53,557 bases of DNA from the NCBI GenBank assembly GCA_030641525.1, contig DAOWHH010000003.1:1-53557 (forward strand), given 5' to 3'. The position numbers and the translations under genes were made by a program. Source of the stretch: a bacterium (GTDB lineage Bacteria > Patescibacteriota > Minisyncoccia > Phycocordibacterales > UBA12079). Of this stretch, positions 36,336 through 46,633 are shown in pieces (within the stretch, counting starts at the first letter, position 1; the number at the start of each line of letters is the position of its first letter). The notes under the pieces were generated by a model that had not been told where the DNA came from, ran no database searches, and saw only the letters and a list, made by a program, of their open reading frames with translations.

Positions 36336-37412
36336 ATGAAAAAGATTATAAAAAAAATAAAAAAAAAGTTAAAAAATCTTTTTTCTAATGATATAGGAAT
36401 TGATTTAGGAACAGCTAATACTTTAGTTTACGTACAGGATAGGGGTATTGTGTTGAATGAACCTTCTGTTGTAGCTTTAAATAGCAAGACAGGAAGAGTT
36501 GTAGCTGTGGGTCTACAAGCTCAAAAAATGATAGGGAGAACCCCTGCTCATATTACAGCCATAAAACCTTTAGTTGATGGTGTTATTTCTGATTTTGAAG
36601 TGACAGAGGAAATGATTATATATTTGCTAAACAAAGCTCAGAAAAATTCAAAAAAGATACTCGGTCCAAGAGTTTTGGTAGGTATTCCTTCTGGAATTAC
36701 TAATGTGGAAACAAGAGCAGTAAAAGATGCCGTTAAAAATGCTGGGGCTAGAAATGTTCATATTGTGGAAGAACCAATGGTGGCAGCTATTGGAAGCCGT
36801 TTACCTATTAAAGAAGCTATAGGTAGTGTGATAATTGATATCGGTGGAGGAACCACTGATATAGCAATTATATCTTTAGGAGGAGTTATTAATTCTAAAA
36901 ATTTAAGAGTGGCAGGAGATAAATTTAATGAAGATATTATTCAGTATATGAGAAGTCAATTTAAGATCTTAATTGGTGAAAAAACTGCCGAAAGATTAAA
37001 AATGGATATTTGTTCTGTAATACCTTTAGACGAAGCATTGGAAACAACAGTAAGAGGTAGAGATTTGGTGACAGGATTACCTAAAGAAGTTAAAGTAAAT
37101 GATACTCATATAAGAAAAGCCGTTTCACAATCAATCGTACTTTTATTAGATGCTATAAAGGATGTTTTAGAAACTACTCCGCCTGAAATTATATCTGATA
37201 TTTTAAATAGAGGTATTTATCTTACAGGAGGGGGGGCTTTAATAAAAAACCTTGATGTTCTTTTAAAGGAAGTAATAAAAGTTCCTGTTTATGTAGTAGA
37301 CGACCCTTTAACATCAGTTGCTCGTGGTACAGGAATAATTTTAGCTGATTTATTTAAGTTTAAAGATATTCTTATTCAAGAAGAAGATGGTATACCTCTC
37401 AAAACCTCATAG
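36336..37412 (+). CDS. mreB: Rod shape-determining protein MreB
   Basis: IGIDLGTANT, EEP..AAIG, DIGGGTT, LTGGGAL. Confidence 0.97.
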   Translation: MKKIIKKIKKKLKNLFSNDIGIDLGTANTLVYVQDRGIVLNEPSVVALNSKTGRVVAVGLQAQKMIGRTPAHITAIKPLVDGVISDFEVTEEMIIYLLNKAQKNSKKILGPRVLVGIPSGITNVETRAVKDAVKNAGARNVHIVEEPMVAAIGSRLPIKEAIGSVIIDIGGGTTDIAIISLGGVINSKNLRVAGDKFNEDIIQYMRSQFKILIGEKTAERLKMDICSVIPLDEALETTVRGRDLVTGLPKEVKVNDTHIRKAVSQSIVLLLDAIKDVLETTPPEIISDILNRGIYLTGGGALIKNLDVLLKEVIKVPVYVVDDPLTSVARGTGIILADLFKFKDILIQEEDGIPLKTS

Positions 37413-38181
37413 AAAAATAACTGTAAAGAAAAAGGTATTGTCATTGGTTGTTTTGTTATTGTTGATTTTGTCTTTTTATTTTGGAAAATTATCTTTTTTA
37501 GCAAACTCTATTCAATTTGTCAGTTATCCTTTTTTTGAGATTAAAAATGGATTATTTTTATTTGTTGAAGATATTACTTCGTTTTTTGAATTTAAAACTA
37601 ATTTAGTAAAAGAAAATTCATTTTTGAAACAAGAATTATGGGATATAAATATAGAATTGATAAATAAAAATTTAATTTTGGCAGAAAATAAAGAATTAAA
37701 AGAATTATTAGGGATGAAAATAGATGATCGTAAATTTATTTTAGCCAATGTTATTTCTAAACCTAAAATATCCTTGTATGATTCTTTTATATTAGATATA
37801 GGAGAATCAGATAAAGTTAAGAAAGGAGATCGAGTTTTAGCAGGAACAAATGTGGTTATTGGAGAGATAGAAGAAGTTTATTCAAATTCTTCAAAAGTAA
37901 AATTATACTCATATTTTCAAGATGAATTAAATGTAGCAATAGGTTTTAATAAAATTATTAGTGAAGCTAAAGGAAAGGGAGGAGGAGTTTTTGAGATAAA
38001 ATTACCTCAAGGGATAAAAGTGAATAAAGGTGATATGATTACTTTTCCTGAGATGGATTTAATAATTTTAGGTAAAGTTGAAGAAATAATTACTTATCCA
38101 GAAGATCCTTTTCAGAGTATTTTATTTAAAAGTCCAGTTAATGTTTTTGAATTAAGATGGGTTCAAATTTTACAAGAATAA
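37387..38181 (+). CDS. mreC: Rod shape-determining protein MreC
   Basis: N-terminal TM, coiled coil (ENKELKELL), ILDIG...V.KGD; follows mreB. Confidence 0.88.
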   Translation: MVYLSKPHRKITVKKKVLSLVVLLLLILSFYFGKLSFLANSIQFVSYPFFEIKNGLFLFVEDITSFFEFKTNLVKENSFLKQELWDINIELINKNLILAENKELKELLGMKIDDRKFILANVISKPKISLYDSFILDIGESDKVKKGDRVLAGTNVVIGEIEEVYSNSSKVKLYSYFQDELNVAIGFNKIISEAKGKGGGVFEIKLPQGIKVNKGDMITFPEMDLIILGKVEEIITYPEDPFQSILFKSPVNVFELRWVQILQE

Positions 38182-38420
38182 TAGCAGTTACTATATCTTT
38201 TTTAGGTGTTTTTGTTTTACCTTGGTGGTTTTTTATTTTTTTATTATTTTTCTTTTTTGTTAAATTTCCTTCATTTTATGAAGGACTGATAATAGCTTTA
38301 ATTGCAGATTTATTGTATTCAGTTCCTAGGGATATTTTTTTGAATTTACCTGTATTTTTTATATTTGCATGTTTGTTTTTTTTCTTGAGTCCAATAATAA
38401 AAAAACAATTACGAATTTAA
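38157..38420 (+). CDS. Small membrane protein in the mreD position
   Basis: Hydrophobic, EGLIIALIADLLY; synteny between mreC and PBP2. Confidence 0.65.
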   Translation: MGSNFTRIIAVTISFLGVFVLPWWFFIFLLFFFFVKFPSFYEGLIIALIADLLYSVPRDIFLNLPVFFIFACLFFFLSPIIKKQLRI

Positions 38421-38450
38421 ATCTCCGGAGGTTGAACCTCCGGAGATTTA
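38418..38450. repeat. Family A element overlapping a stop codon
   Basis: TAAATCTCCGGAGGTTGAACCTCCGGAGATTTA, a perfect 33-bp palindrome. Confidence 0.92.
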
Positions 38451-38480
38451 GAATAGGAGGAAATATGCTAGAATGGAAAG

Positions 38481-40172
38481 ATGAAGAGGAAAATGAAGAG
38501 AAAAAATCTGAAATCAAGAGAAGATATCAGTTTAGATAATGTTTTTTTAGATTCAAGTAATTTACCTAGTTTTGATACTCATCAATTTGAGGGGCAAATG
38601 GAAAAAACTATATCAAGAAAGCCTATAATTTTTTTAGGACTTTTCTTTCTTTTAATTTTATTTTTATATACTTTTAAAATTAGAGATCTACAATTAAATC
38701 AAGGAGAGTATTTTTTAACAAGAGGAAATAATAATCGTTTAGAACATTCTATTATCTTTTCAGAAAGAGGTATTATTTATGATAGAAATGGAAAAGAATT
38801 AGTTTGGAATTCAGCCTTAAAAGAAGAAGATCAGGATTTTTATAAAAGAGAATATTCAGATTACAAAGGTTTAGCTCATATTTTAGGTTATGTTAGTTAT
38901 CCATTAAAAGATAGTGGTGGTAATTATTTTCAAGAAGAATACATAGGAAAAAGTGGTATAGAAAATTTTTTTAATGAAAAAATGAATGGTGAAAATGGAT
39001 TAAAAATAATAGAAAAAGATGCTCTTTCTAATATAAAATCAGAATCTTTTATAAAATCATCTATAAGTGGAGAAAATATCACCTTATCTATTGATGCTAG
39101 AATTCAAGATATTTTATATACCTTCATTTCTGACTTATCTAGAGATGTTGGCTTTAAGGGGGGAGTGAGTATTCTTATGGGTGTTGAAAACGGTGAAATT
39201 TTAGCCATGGTATCTTTCCCTGAATATGATTTAAAAACAATATCTGACGGAGAAAATAAAGAAGAAATTGAAAAATTTTTATCAAATGAAAATAAGCCGT
39301 TTTTGAACAGAGCTACTATGGGACTTTTTACTCCAGGCTCAATTGTTAAACCTTTTTTGGCTTTAGCTGCTTTAAATGAAGAAATTATTGGTCCATACAA
39401 AAGTATTTTGAGTACTGGTTCTATTTTTATTCCCAATCCTTATTATCCAGAACTGAAAACAGTTTTTAAAGATTGGAAAGCTCATGGTTGGACAGATATG
39501 AGAGAAGCAATTGCTGTTTCTTCTGATGTTTATTTTTACGCGATTGGTGGAGGGTATGAAGATCAGACAGGTTTAGGTATTAATAGAATTAATGAGTATG
39601 TTAAATTATTTGGTTTTAGTGAAGAAACTGGAATTGAAGCTTTTATTGAAGAAAGAGGAGTTATTCCAAATCCTAAATGGAAAGCTGAAGTTTTTGACGG
39701 CGAAGATTGGTTGATTGGTAATACTTATCATACAGCTATTGGACAATATGGTTTTCAAATTACACCTTTGCAAGCAATTAGAGCTGTGACTGCAATAGCT
39801 AATGAAGGTAAACTTTTTCGTCCAACTATTTTGATAGTAGAAACTAAGAACAATGATTATAAGAAAATAAATATCAAAGAAGAGTATTTTGAAATAATAA
39901 AACAAGGAATGCGACAAGCTGTCACTGAAGGAACAGCATTGGGTTTAAATTTACCTTTTTTAGAAATATCAGCTAAAACAGGAACTGCTGAACGAGGGAT
40001 AAATAATGAAAAAGTAAATTCTTGGGTTATTGGTTTTTACCCTTCTGATAAACCTAAATATACTTTTGTTGCAATGATGGAAGAAGGACCAAGTGAGAAT
40101 CAGCTCGGAGGGCTTTATATAATGCGACAGCTTTTTGAATGGATGAATGTGAATACACCTGAGTATTTATGA
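38481..40172 (+). CDS. mrdA: Penicillin-binding protein 2
   Basis: RGIIYDRNG, PGSIVK (SxxK), SSD, KTGTA; follows mreBCD. Confidence 0.9.
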   Translation: MKRKMKRKNLKSREDISLDNVFLDSSNLPSFDTHQFEGQMEKTISRKPIIFLGLFFLLILFLYTFKIRDLQLNQGEYFLTRGNNNRLEHSIIFSERGIIYDRNGKELVWNSALKEEDQDFYKREYSDYKGLAHILGYVSYPLKDSGGNYFQEEYIGKSGIENFFNEKMNGENGLKIIEKDALSNIKSESFIKSSISGENITLSIDARIQDILYTFISDLSRDVGFKGGVSILMGVENGEILAMVSFPEYDLKTISDGENKEEIEKFLSNENKPFLNRATMGLFTPGSIVKPFLALAALNEEIIGPYKSILSTGSIFIPNPYYPELKTVFKDWKAHGWTDMREAIAVSSDVYFYAIGGGYEDQTGLGINRINEYVKLFGFSEETGIEAFIEERGVIPNPKWKAEVFDGEDWLIGNTYHTAIGQYGFQITPLQAIRAVTAIANEGKLFRPTILIVETKNNDYKKINIKEEYFEIIKQGMRQAVTEGTALGLNLPFLEISAKTGTAERGINNEKVNSWVIGFYPSDKPKYTFVAMMEEGPSENQLGGLYIMRQLFEWMNVNTPEYL

Positions 40173-40255
40173 GTCAAAAATTGTGCTGAGCTTGTAATAA
40201 TAATCATTATTGATATAATTAATTTTGAAATTATTTTAAAAAACACAAAAACGTC

Positions 40256-40714
40256 ATGAAAGAATATTTAACTAAAAAAAAATATAAAGAACTAGAAGAA
40301 GAGCTTGGTTTGTTAAAAACTACAAGAAGACAAGAAGTAGCTACTGCTTTAAAAGAGGCGAGGTCTTTGGGTGATTTAAGTGAAAATGCTGAATATCATC
40401 AAGCTAGAGAAGATCAGGCCAATATCGAAAAAAGAATAGAAGAATTAGAAATTATCTTGAAAGATGTTGAAATAGTAAGAGGGGATGTGTTTACTAAAGT
40501 AGAAGTAGGAGCTAATGTTGTTGTTCAAAAAAGTGACAGTAAAACCTCTGTAGAATATTTAATTGTGGGTAGTCAGGAAGCTAATATGGCTGAAAATAAA
40601 ATTTCAATTTCTTCTCCTTTAGTTCAAGCGATGTTAGGTAAGAAAAAAGGTGAATTATTCTCTTTTAAATCTCCCAAAAGCGAACAAAGTTATAAAATAA
40701 TTAATATTAAGTAG
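40256..40714 (+). CDS. greA: Transcription elongation factor GreA
   Basis: GDLSENAEY, KISISSPL...LGKK. Confidence 0.96.
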   Translation: MKEYLTKKKYKELEEELGLLKTTRRQEVATALKEARSLGDLSENAEYHQAREDQANIEKRIEELEIILKDVEIVRGDVFTKVEVGANVVVQKSDSKTSVEYLIVGSQEANMAENKISISSPLVQAMLGKKKGELFSFKSPKSEQSYKIINIK

Positions 40715-40808
40715 AAAGTAGAGGGTAGAAGGTGGAAAGTAGTGAAAAAATTTGCTCTGCAAGTTTTTCTCTACCACATTCTTCTTTCTATATTCTACCT
40801 ACTAAACC

Positions 40809-42278
40809 ATGACTTCTTTAGAAGAAATTCGTCAAACACGATTAGAAAAAAAAGATAAATTAGAAAAAAACGGAATGAATCCTTATCCTATTGATGTGGA
40901 TTTTTCTCATTCTTTAAAAGAAGTTATTGAAAAATTTGAAGAGGGTTTAGAAATAAAATTAGTGGGAAGAATTATGTCTTTGCGTCCGCAAGGAGCTTTG
41001 GTATTTTTTAATTTTTCAGATGGGACAGAAGTTTTTCAAGGGTTATTAAAAAAGGATGTCATTGGTGAAAAAGATTTTGCCTTTTTTGAAGAAGTAGTTG
41101 ATATTGGCGATTTTATAGAAGTAAGTGGAAAATTGTTTTTGACTAAAAAAGAACAGCAATCTATTGAAATTTCAGCTTGGAGAATAATTTCTAAAAGTTT
41201 ACGACCTCTTCCTGAAAAATGGCATGGTCTACAAGACATAGAACAAAAATATAGAAAAAGATATTTGGATATTTTAATGGACAAAGAAACTTTTGATTTA
41301 TTTAAAACTCGTACAAAAATAATTTCAAAAATAAGGGAAATTTTGAACAATGAAGGTTTTATGGAGGTGGAAACTCCTATTTTACAAAACCAAGCTTCGG
41401 GAGCGATGGCTGATACATTTAAAACACATCATAATGATTACGATATTGATATGGTGTTAAGAATTTCTTTAGAAGCTGAATTAAAAATGATTATGGGAGG
41501 AGGTTATCCTGCTGTTTACGAAATAGGGAAAAACTTCAGAAATGAAGGTTCGGATTCTACTCATATGCAAGAATTTACGATGTTAGAGTGGTATAAAGCA
41601 TATAAAAACTTAGGATATAATCTTGAATTAACAGAAAGAATGATAAAGATTATTGCTAAAGATATAATAGGTAAAATGCAATTTAAGATTAAGGATTCAA
41701 ATGATAATGAGGTTGAAGTTGATTTAGACACAAAATGGAAGAAAATAAGGTTTAATGATTTAGTAAAAGAGAATACTGGTTGGAATCCAAAGGGAGCTAG
41801 TAGAAAAGAAATTGAAGAAAATGCTCTAAAATTAGGATTTGATAAAAAAGAAATTGCTAATATTTCTGATGGAAATTTGTTAGATTTTATATTCAAAAAG
41901 AGTTCTAGAAATAAAATAATCAATCCTACTTTCGTTACTCATTATCCTGGATCATTAAAACCTTTGGCAATACAAAACGAAGACGGAACGGCTGAAGTTG
42001 CTCAATTGATAATTGCGGGGGCTGAAATTACTAATCAATATGCTGAATTAGTTGATCCTGTGATTCAAAAAGAATTATTAGAAAAGCAAGCAGAATTAAA
42101 AAAATCAGGAGATAGGGAAACTATGGATTTAAATAATGAATTTATTGAAGCTATGGAATATGGAATGCCTCCAATGACAGGTTTTGGTATGGGAATTGAT
42201 AGATTAGTTGCTATTTTAACAGAGAAGTCTAATTTAAGAGATACGGTTTTCTTTCCTATAATGCGTCTAAAAGAATAA
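40809..42278 (+). CDS. lysS: Lysyl-tRNA synthetase, class II
   Basis: PLPEKWHGL, YRKRYLD, FRNEG, YGMPP..G.GMGIDRL. Confidence 0.96.
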   Translation: MTSLEEIRQTRLEKKDKLEKNGMNPYPIDVDFSHSLKEVIEKFEEGLEIKLVGRIMSLRPQGALVFFNFSDGTEVFQGLLKKDVIGEKDFAFFEEVVDIGDFIEVSGKLFLTKKEQQSIEISAWRIISKSLRPLPEKWHGLQDIEQKYRKRYLDILMDKETFDLFKTRTKIISKIREILNNEGFMEVETPILQNQASGAMADTFKTHHNDYDIDMVLRISLEAELKMIMGGGYPAVYEIGKNFRNEGSDSTHMQEFTMLEWYKAYKNLGYNLELTERMIKIIAKDIIGKMQFKIKDSNDNEVEVDLDTKWKKIRFNDLVKENTGWNPKGASRKEIEENALKLGFDKKEIANISDGNLLDFIFKKSSRNKIINPTFVTHYPGSLKPLAIQNEDGTAEVAQLIIAGAEITNQYAELVDPVIQKELLEKQAELKKSGDRETMDLNNEFIEAMEYGMPPMTGFGMGIDRLVAILTEKSNLRDTVFFPIMRLKE

Positions 42279-42317
42279 GAATTGCTTTTAGATAAAGTTT
42301 TTGTTAGTATATTGCCT

Positions 42318-42764
42318 ATGTTAAAGATAAGATTACAAAGAGTTGGTAGAAAACACGACCCATCTTATAGGGTCATTTTAACTGATTCCAGACAAGGACC
42401 CAAAAGTGGTAATTTTATAGAAAATCTTGGATTTTACGATACTATAAGGAAAATAAAGCAAATTAAGGCTGATAGGGTAAAATATTGGATTTCAAAAGGA
42501 GCTCAATTATCTGATACAGTACATAATATTATGGTGAGCGAAAAGATAATTGAAGGAAAAAAAATAAATGTTTTACCTAAAAAGTCTCCTATAGTTAAAG
42601 AGAAGGATAAAGAAGAAGAGGATAAAGTAGTTGAAGAAAAATCTCAAGAAATTTCAACTGAAGAATCTACTGAAATAAAGGAAGAAATAGTAGAAGCTCC
42701 TGCAGAAGAAGTTAAAATTGAAGATCCTAAACCTGAGGTCGGACAAGAAAAAAAGAAAGAATAA
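42318..42764 (+). CDS. rpsP: 30S ribosomal protein S16 with an acidic tail (start corrected to ATG 42318)
   Basis: MLKIRLQRVGRK..P.YR...DSR, YWISKGAQLSDTV. Confidence 0.95.
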   Translation: MLKIRLQRVGRKHDPSYRVILTDSRQGPKSGNFIENLGFYDTIRKIKQIKADRVKYWISKGAQLSDTVHNIMVSEKIIEGKKINVLPKKSPIVKEKDKEEEDKVVEEKSQEISTEESTEIKEEIVEAPAEEVKIEDPKPEVGQEKKKE

Positions 42765-42785
42765 TTAAAATGAAAAAATATAAAT

Positions 42786-42873
42786 CTCCGGAGGTTCAAC
42801 CTCCGGAGATTTTTAATTATATCAAATATTGACATTGCATTGATAAACCTCCGGAGGTTGAACCTCCGGAGGT
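42786..42873. repeat. Family A inverted doublet (42786-42808 and 42849-42871)
   Basis: A TTCAA-orientation copy followed by a TTGAA-orientation copy. Confidence 0.92.
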
Positions 42874-42884
42874 TTAAAAACTTA

Positions 42885-42913
42885 TTGACATTTTTTACAC
42901 TATAGGTTAGTAT
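42885..42913 (+). promoter_or_regulatory. Putative rpoB operon promoter
   Basis: TTGACA-17-TAGTAT. Confidence 0.65.
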
Positions 42914-42989
42914 CTACATTAATAAGATTTTGTCTGTTTTATTGAGTTACGATAGAGATGATATTTATAAATATATTATATGGAGTAAT

Positions 42990-43152
42990 CATATAATTCC
43001 ATCGATCGGACATAATAAAAATAAATATTACATAATCATTTTTATTAGTCCTCACTCGAAATTATATGAAACAAGCATATAATTCCATCGATCGGACATA
43101 ATAAAAATAAATATTACATAATCATTTTTATTAGTCCTCACTCGAAATTATA
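42990..43152 (+). repeat. Perfect 77-bp direct repeat, two copies (42990-43066 and 43076-43152), in the rpoB leader
   Basis: Identical copies with an 86-bp period; each contains a GGAC-A-TAATAAAAAT...ATTTTTATTA-GTCC stem. Confidence 0.9.
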
Positions 43153-43391
43153 AGCAGTATATCCGATAAAAGGAGTAGTGTTCTTGTTGTCGTAGTGTTT
43201 ATTTCTATCTGGAAAGATAAAAATAAATTATTATCGTATATATAAAAAGCAAACCCTCATATCAATCCCAATATTATATAAATAATATATAAGATTAATT
43301 ATAATCTTTGTATAACACAATTTATATAATAATTTGTCCAAAGGACAATGTTAAGATTAGTGTGGAGGCGAGCATATAATTTTTTAAATAC

Positions 43392-46300
43392 ATGACAAAA
43401 CTAAAAAAAAGGGAACAAAAGTTTTTTAAAAAATATAGAAAATCATTAACAGAACTTCCTAATTTAGTAGAATCTCAATTATTTTCCTACAAAGATTTTG
43501 TGAAAAATGGTATTGCTGAGGTTTTATCCGAATTTACTCCTATAGAAGATTATTCTGGTAAAAAATTTATATTTGAATTTCTTGATTTTGAGTTTGAAGA
43601 ATCTCAAACTGATGAATTTTATGCTAAAGAAAATAAACAATCTTACCAAGCAAATATCAAAGCTAAGGTAAAACTAACTAATAAAATATTAAAAATTGAA
43701 AAAGAACAGGAAATTTTCTTGACAGATTTTCCTATGATGACAGAACATGGAACATTTATTATTAATGGTATAGAAAGGGTAATTGTTCCTCAATTATCTA
43801 GGTCATTCGGAATGTTTTTTACTGCTCAAGATATTAAAGGAGGAAAATATTTTGGAGCAAAAATTATTCCTTATAGAGGTTCTTGGATAGAAATAGATTC
43901 TGAACCTGATGGTTTAATTTATGTAAAAATAGATAGAAAAAGAAAATTCCCAATAAGTTCTCTTTTAAGAATTTTTACATCCGAAGGTAAAGATATAATT
44001 TCTTTATTCAAGAGTAAAGAAGCAAAAGAAATTATAAAAAAATGTATAGAAAATGATCCTGCTAAAAATAGAAGTGAATCATTTACTGAAATTCATAAAA
44101 GACTAAGAGATGGGGAATTAACAACTGCTAGCCATGCGGAAGTTTTTGTTAATGCTATTTTTGCCGAAGATAGATATGATTTACATAAAGTAGGACGATT
44201 TTATTTTAATAAAAGATTTGGTAAATCAATGGATAAAAAAGAACTTCAGCGAAAAAATATTTCTATTGATGATATTGTGACAACTATTGAACATATAATA
44301 AGTTTAAATAATAATCCAGAAGCTCTACCAGATGATATTGATCATTTAGGTTCTCGTCGTTTACGATATTTTGGGGAGATGGTTCAACAAAAATTCAGAG
44401 TAGGAATGTTTCAAATTAAAAGAAATATTCAAGATAGAATGTCTATTGTTGGAGTAGATGTGACATTACCAATGCAATTTATTAGCACTAGACCTTTACA
44501 AGCTAGGATTAAAGAATTTTTTACTACCAACCAACTTTCTCAATTTATGCATCAAGATAATATTTTGATGGAATTGGAACATTTAAGAACAGTGTCGGCT
44601 TTAGGTCCAGGAGGATTAGTTAGAGAAAGAGCTAGTATAGATGTGAGAGATGTTCACCCTTCTCATTATGGTAGATTGTGTCCAGTTCAAACTCCAGAAG
44701 GTCCTAATATTGGATTGATATTAAGATTGGCTAATTACGCACGAGTGAATGATTTTGGAATGATAGAAACTCCCTATGCTAAAGTTTCAAAAGGAAAAAT
44801 TACAAATGAAATAGTATTTTTGAATGCAACAGAAGAACAAAAATATAATATAGCAGATGCTACTGTTGAAAGAGATGAAAAAGGAAAAATATTAAATGAT
44901 GTGGTTGATGTTAGAATTGAAGGAAGTCCAGGATTAGTTAAAAAAGAGGATGTAAATTTTGTGGATGTCTCTACTAAACAGGCATTTTCAGTTGTCACAT
45001 CAATGATTCCTTTTTTGAATCATGATGATGCTAACAGAGCTTTGATGGGATCTAATATGCAAAAACAATCAGTCCCTTGTATTAAACCAGATATGCCTTT
45101 AGTAGCAACAGGAATTGAAGAAGATGCAGCTAGAGCGACAGGAAGAATTATTATTGCAGAAGAAAATGGAGTTATTTCTTATGTGGATGGAAGAACAATT
45201 AAAGTAAAAAATAGTAGTGGTAAAGAAAAAGAATATAAATTGATTAATTTTATGAGGACTAATAATTTTTCCTCTATGAGCCATAGACCTTTAGTCGATT
45301 TAAATCAAAAAGTAAAGAAAGGTGATATTTTAGCAGATGTTTCTTCTACAGATCAAGGGCAAATAGCTTTGGGGCAAAATATTTTGATTGCATTTATGTC
45401 TTGGTATGGGGCTAATTATGAAGATGCTATTATTTTATCTAGTCGTTTAGTTAAAGAAGATAAATTTACCAGTATTCAAGTGGAAGAATTTGTGGAAGAT
45501 GTTAGAGATACTAAATTAGGTGAAGAAGTGACAACTCATGATATTCCAAATGTTGGAGAAGCTAAATTAAAAAATCTAGATGAAGATGGAATTATTAGAA
45601 TTGGAGCAGAGGTTCAACCTGGAGATATTTTAGTTGGTAAAATCACACCAAAAGGAGAAACTCAATTAACTCCAGAAGAAAGATTATTAAGATCTATTTT
45701 TGGAGAAAAAGCTCAAGAAGTAAAAGATACTTCATTGAGAGTGAAAGGTGGTAAAAGAGGTTTTGTTATAAATGTAAAAGTATTTTCAAGAGATAAAGGA
45801 GAAATTAACGAACCAGGTGTTATAAAAAGAATTTATGTTGAGATAGCTCAATTAAGAAATATTTCTGTTGGAGATAAATTAGCAGGAAGACATGGAAATA
45901 AGGGGGTTATTTCAAGAATTCTTCCTGAAGAAGATATGCCTTATATGGCAGACGGAACACCTGTAGATATTATTTTAACACCATTAGGAGTACCTTCTCG
46001 TATGAATTTGGGGCAGATTTTAGAATTACATTTAGGAATGGCTGCTCACACTTTAAATTATCAAGCGGTTGTTCCTCCTTTTGCAGGAGCAACTGAAGAT
46101 GAAATTAAAGATGAATTAGAAAAAGCTGGGCTTAATAGAAATGGAACAATGACTTTATATGACGGCTTAACTGGTGAAACTTTTGATCAGGAAGTAGCTG
46201 TGGGTTATATGTATATGCTTAAACTTCATCACATGGTGGATGATAAAATGCATATGAGAGCTATTGGTCCATATTCTCTTATTAATCAACAACCTTTGGG

Positions 46301-46553
46301 AGGAAAAGCTCAAAGAGGGGGTCAAAGATTTGGAGAGATGGAAGTCTGGGCTTTATTGGGTCATGGAACAGCTCATATTTTGAGAGAAGTTTTGACTATA
46401 AAATCTGATGATATTGTAGGTAGATCGGCAGCTTTTGATGCAATCGTAAAAGGGACTGCAATACCTGATCCGAATATACCAGCATCTTTTAATGTATTAG
46501 TAAATAATTTAAGAGGATTAGCCCTTGATATTGACTTGAAAAGTAAAAAGTAA
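43392..46553 (+). CDS. rpoB: RNA polymerase beta subunit
   Basis: FIINGIERV, TPEGPNIGL, HDDANRALMGSNMQ, GDKLAGRHGNKG, GGQRFGEMEVWAL. Confidence 0.99.
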   Translation: MTKLKKREQKFFKKYRKSLTELPNLVESQLFSYKDFVKNGIAEVLSEFTPIEDYSGKKFIFEFLDFEFEESQTDEFYAKENKQSYQANIKAKVKLTNKILKIEKEQEIFLTDFPMMTEHGTFIINGIERVIVPQLSRSFGMFFTAQDIKGGKYFGAKIIPYRGSWIEIDSEPDGLIYVKIDRKRKFPISSLLRIFTSEGKDIISLFKSKEAKEIIKKCIENDPAKNRSESFTEIHKRLRDGELTTASHAEVFVNAIFAEDRYDLHKVGRFYFNKRFGKSMDKKELQRKNISIDDIVTTIEHIISLNNNPEALPDDIDHLGSRRLRYFGEMVQQKFRVGMFQIKRNIQDRMSIVGVDVTLPMQFISTRPLQARIKEFFTTNQLSQFMHQDNILMELEHLRTVSALGPGGLVRERASIDVRDVHPSHYGRLCPVQTPEGPNIGLILRLANYARVNDFGMIETPYAKVSKGKITNEIVFLNATEEQKYNIADATVERDEKGKILNDVVDVRIEGSPGLVKKEDVNFVDVSTKQAFSVVTSMIPFLNHDDANRALMGSNMQKQSVPCIKPDMPLVATGIEEDAARATGRIIIAEENGVISYVDGRTIKVKNSSGKEKEYKLINFMRTNNFSSMSHRPLVDLNQKVKKGDILADVSSTDQGQIALGQNILIAFMSWYGANYEDAIILSSRLVKEDKFTSIQVEEFVEDVRDTKLGEEVTTHDIPNVGEAKLKNLDEDGIIRIGAEVQPGDILVGKITPKGETQLTPEERLLRSIFGEKAQEVKDTSLRVKGGKRGFVINVKVFSRDKGEINEPGVIKRIYVEIAQLRNISVGDKLAGRHGNKGVISRILPEEDMPYMADGTPVDIILTPLGVPSRMNLGQILELHLGMAAHTLNYQAVVPPFAGATEDEIKDELEKAGLNRNGTMTLYDGLTGETFDQEVAVGYMYMLKLHHMVDDKMHMRAIGPYSLINQQPLGGKAQRGGQRFGEMEVWALLGHGTAHILREVLTIKSDDIVGRSAAFDAIVKGTAIPDPNIPASFNVLVNNLRGLALDIDLKSKK

Positions 46554-46633
46554 AAAAATTTACTGACAATTATAAATTAATACATTATTACAAAATTATT
46601 TCTAGATGTAATTAACCAATAAATTTTAAAAAA

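Noticed and set aside
42990-43152. Possible CRISPR array
   Set aside because: Only two 77-bp units with a 9-bp spacer and no cas genes. The family A repeats are dispersed, not regularly spaced.
43245-43375. c-di-GMP-I riboswitch suggested by GCAAACC
   Set aside because: The remaining consensus and stem spacing are not evident; kept only as a generic structured leader.
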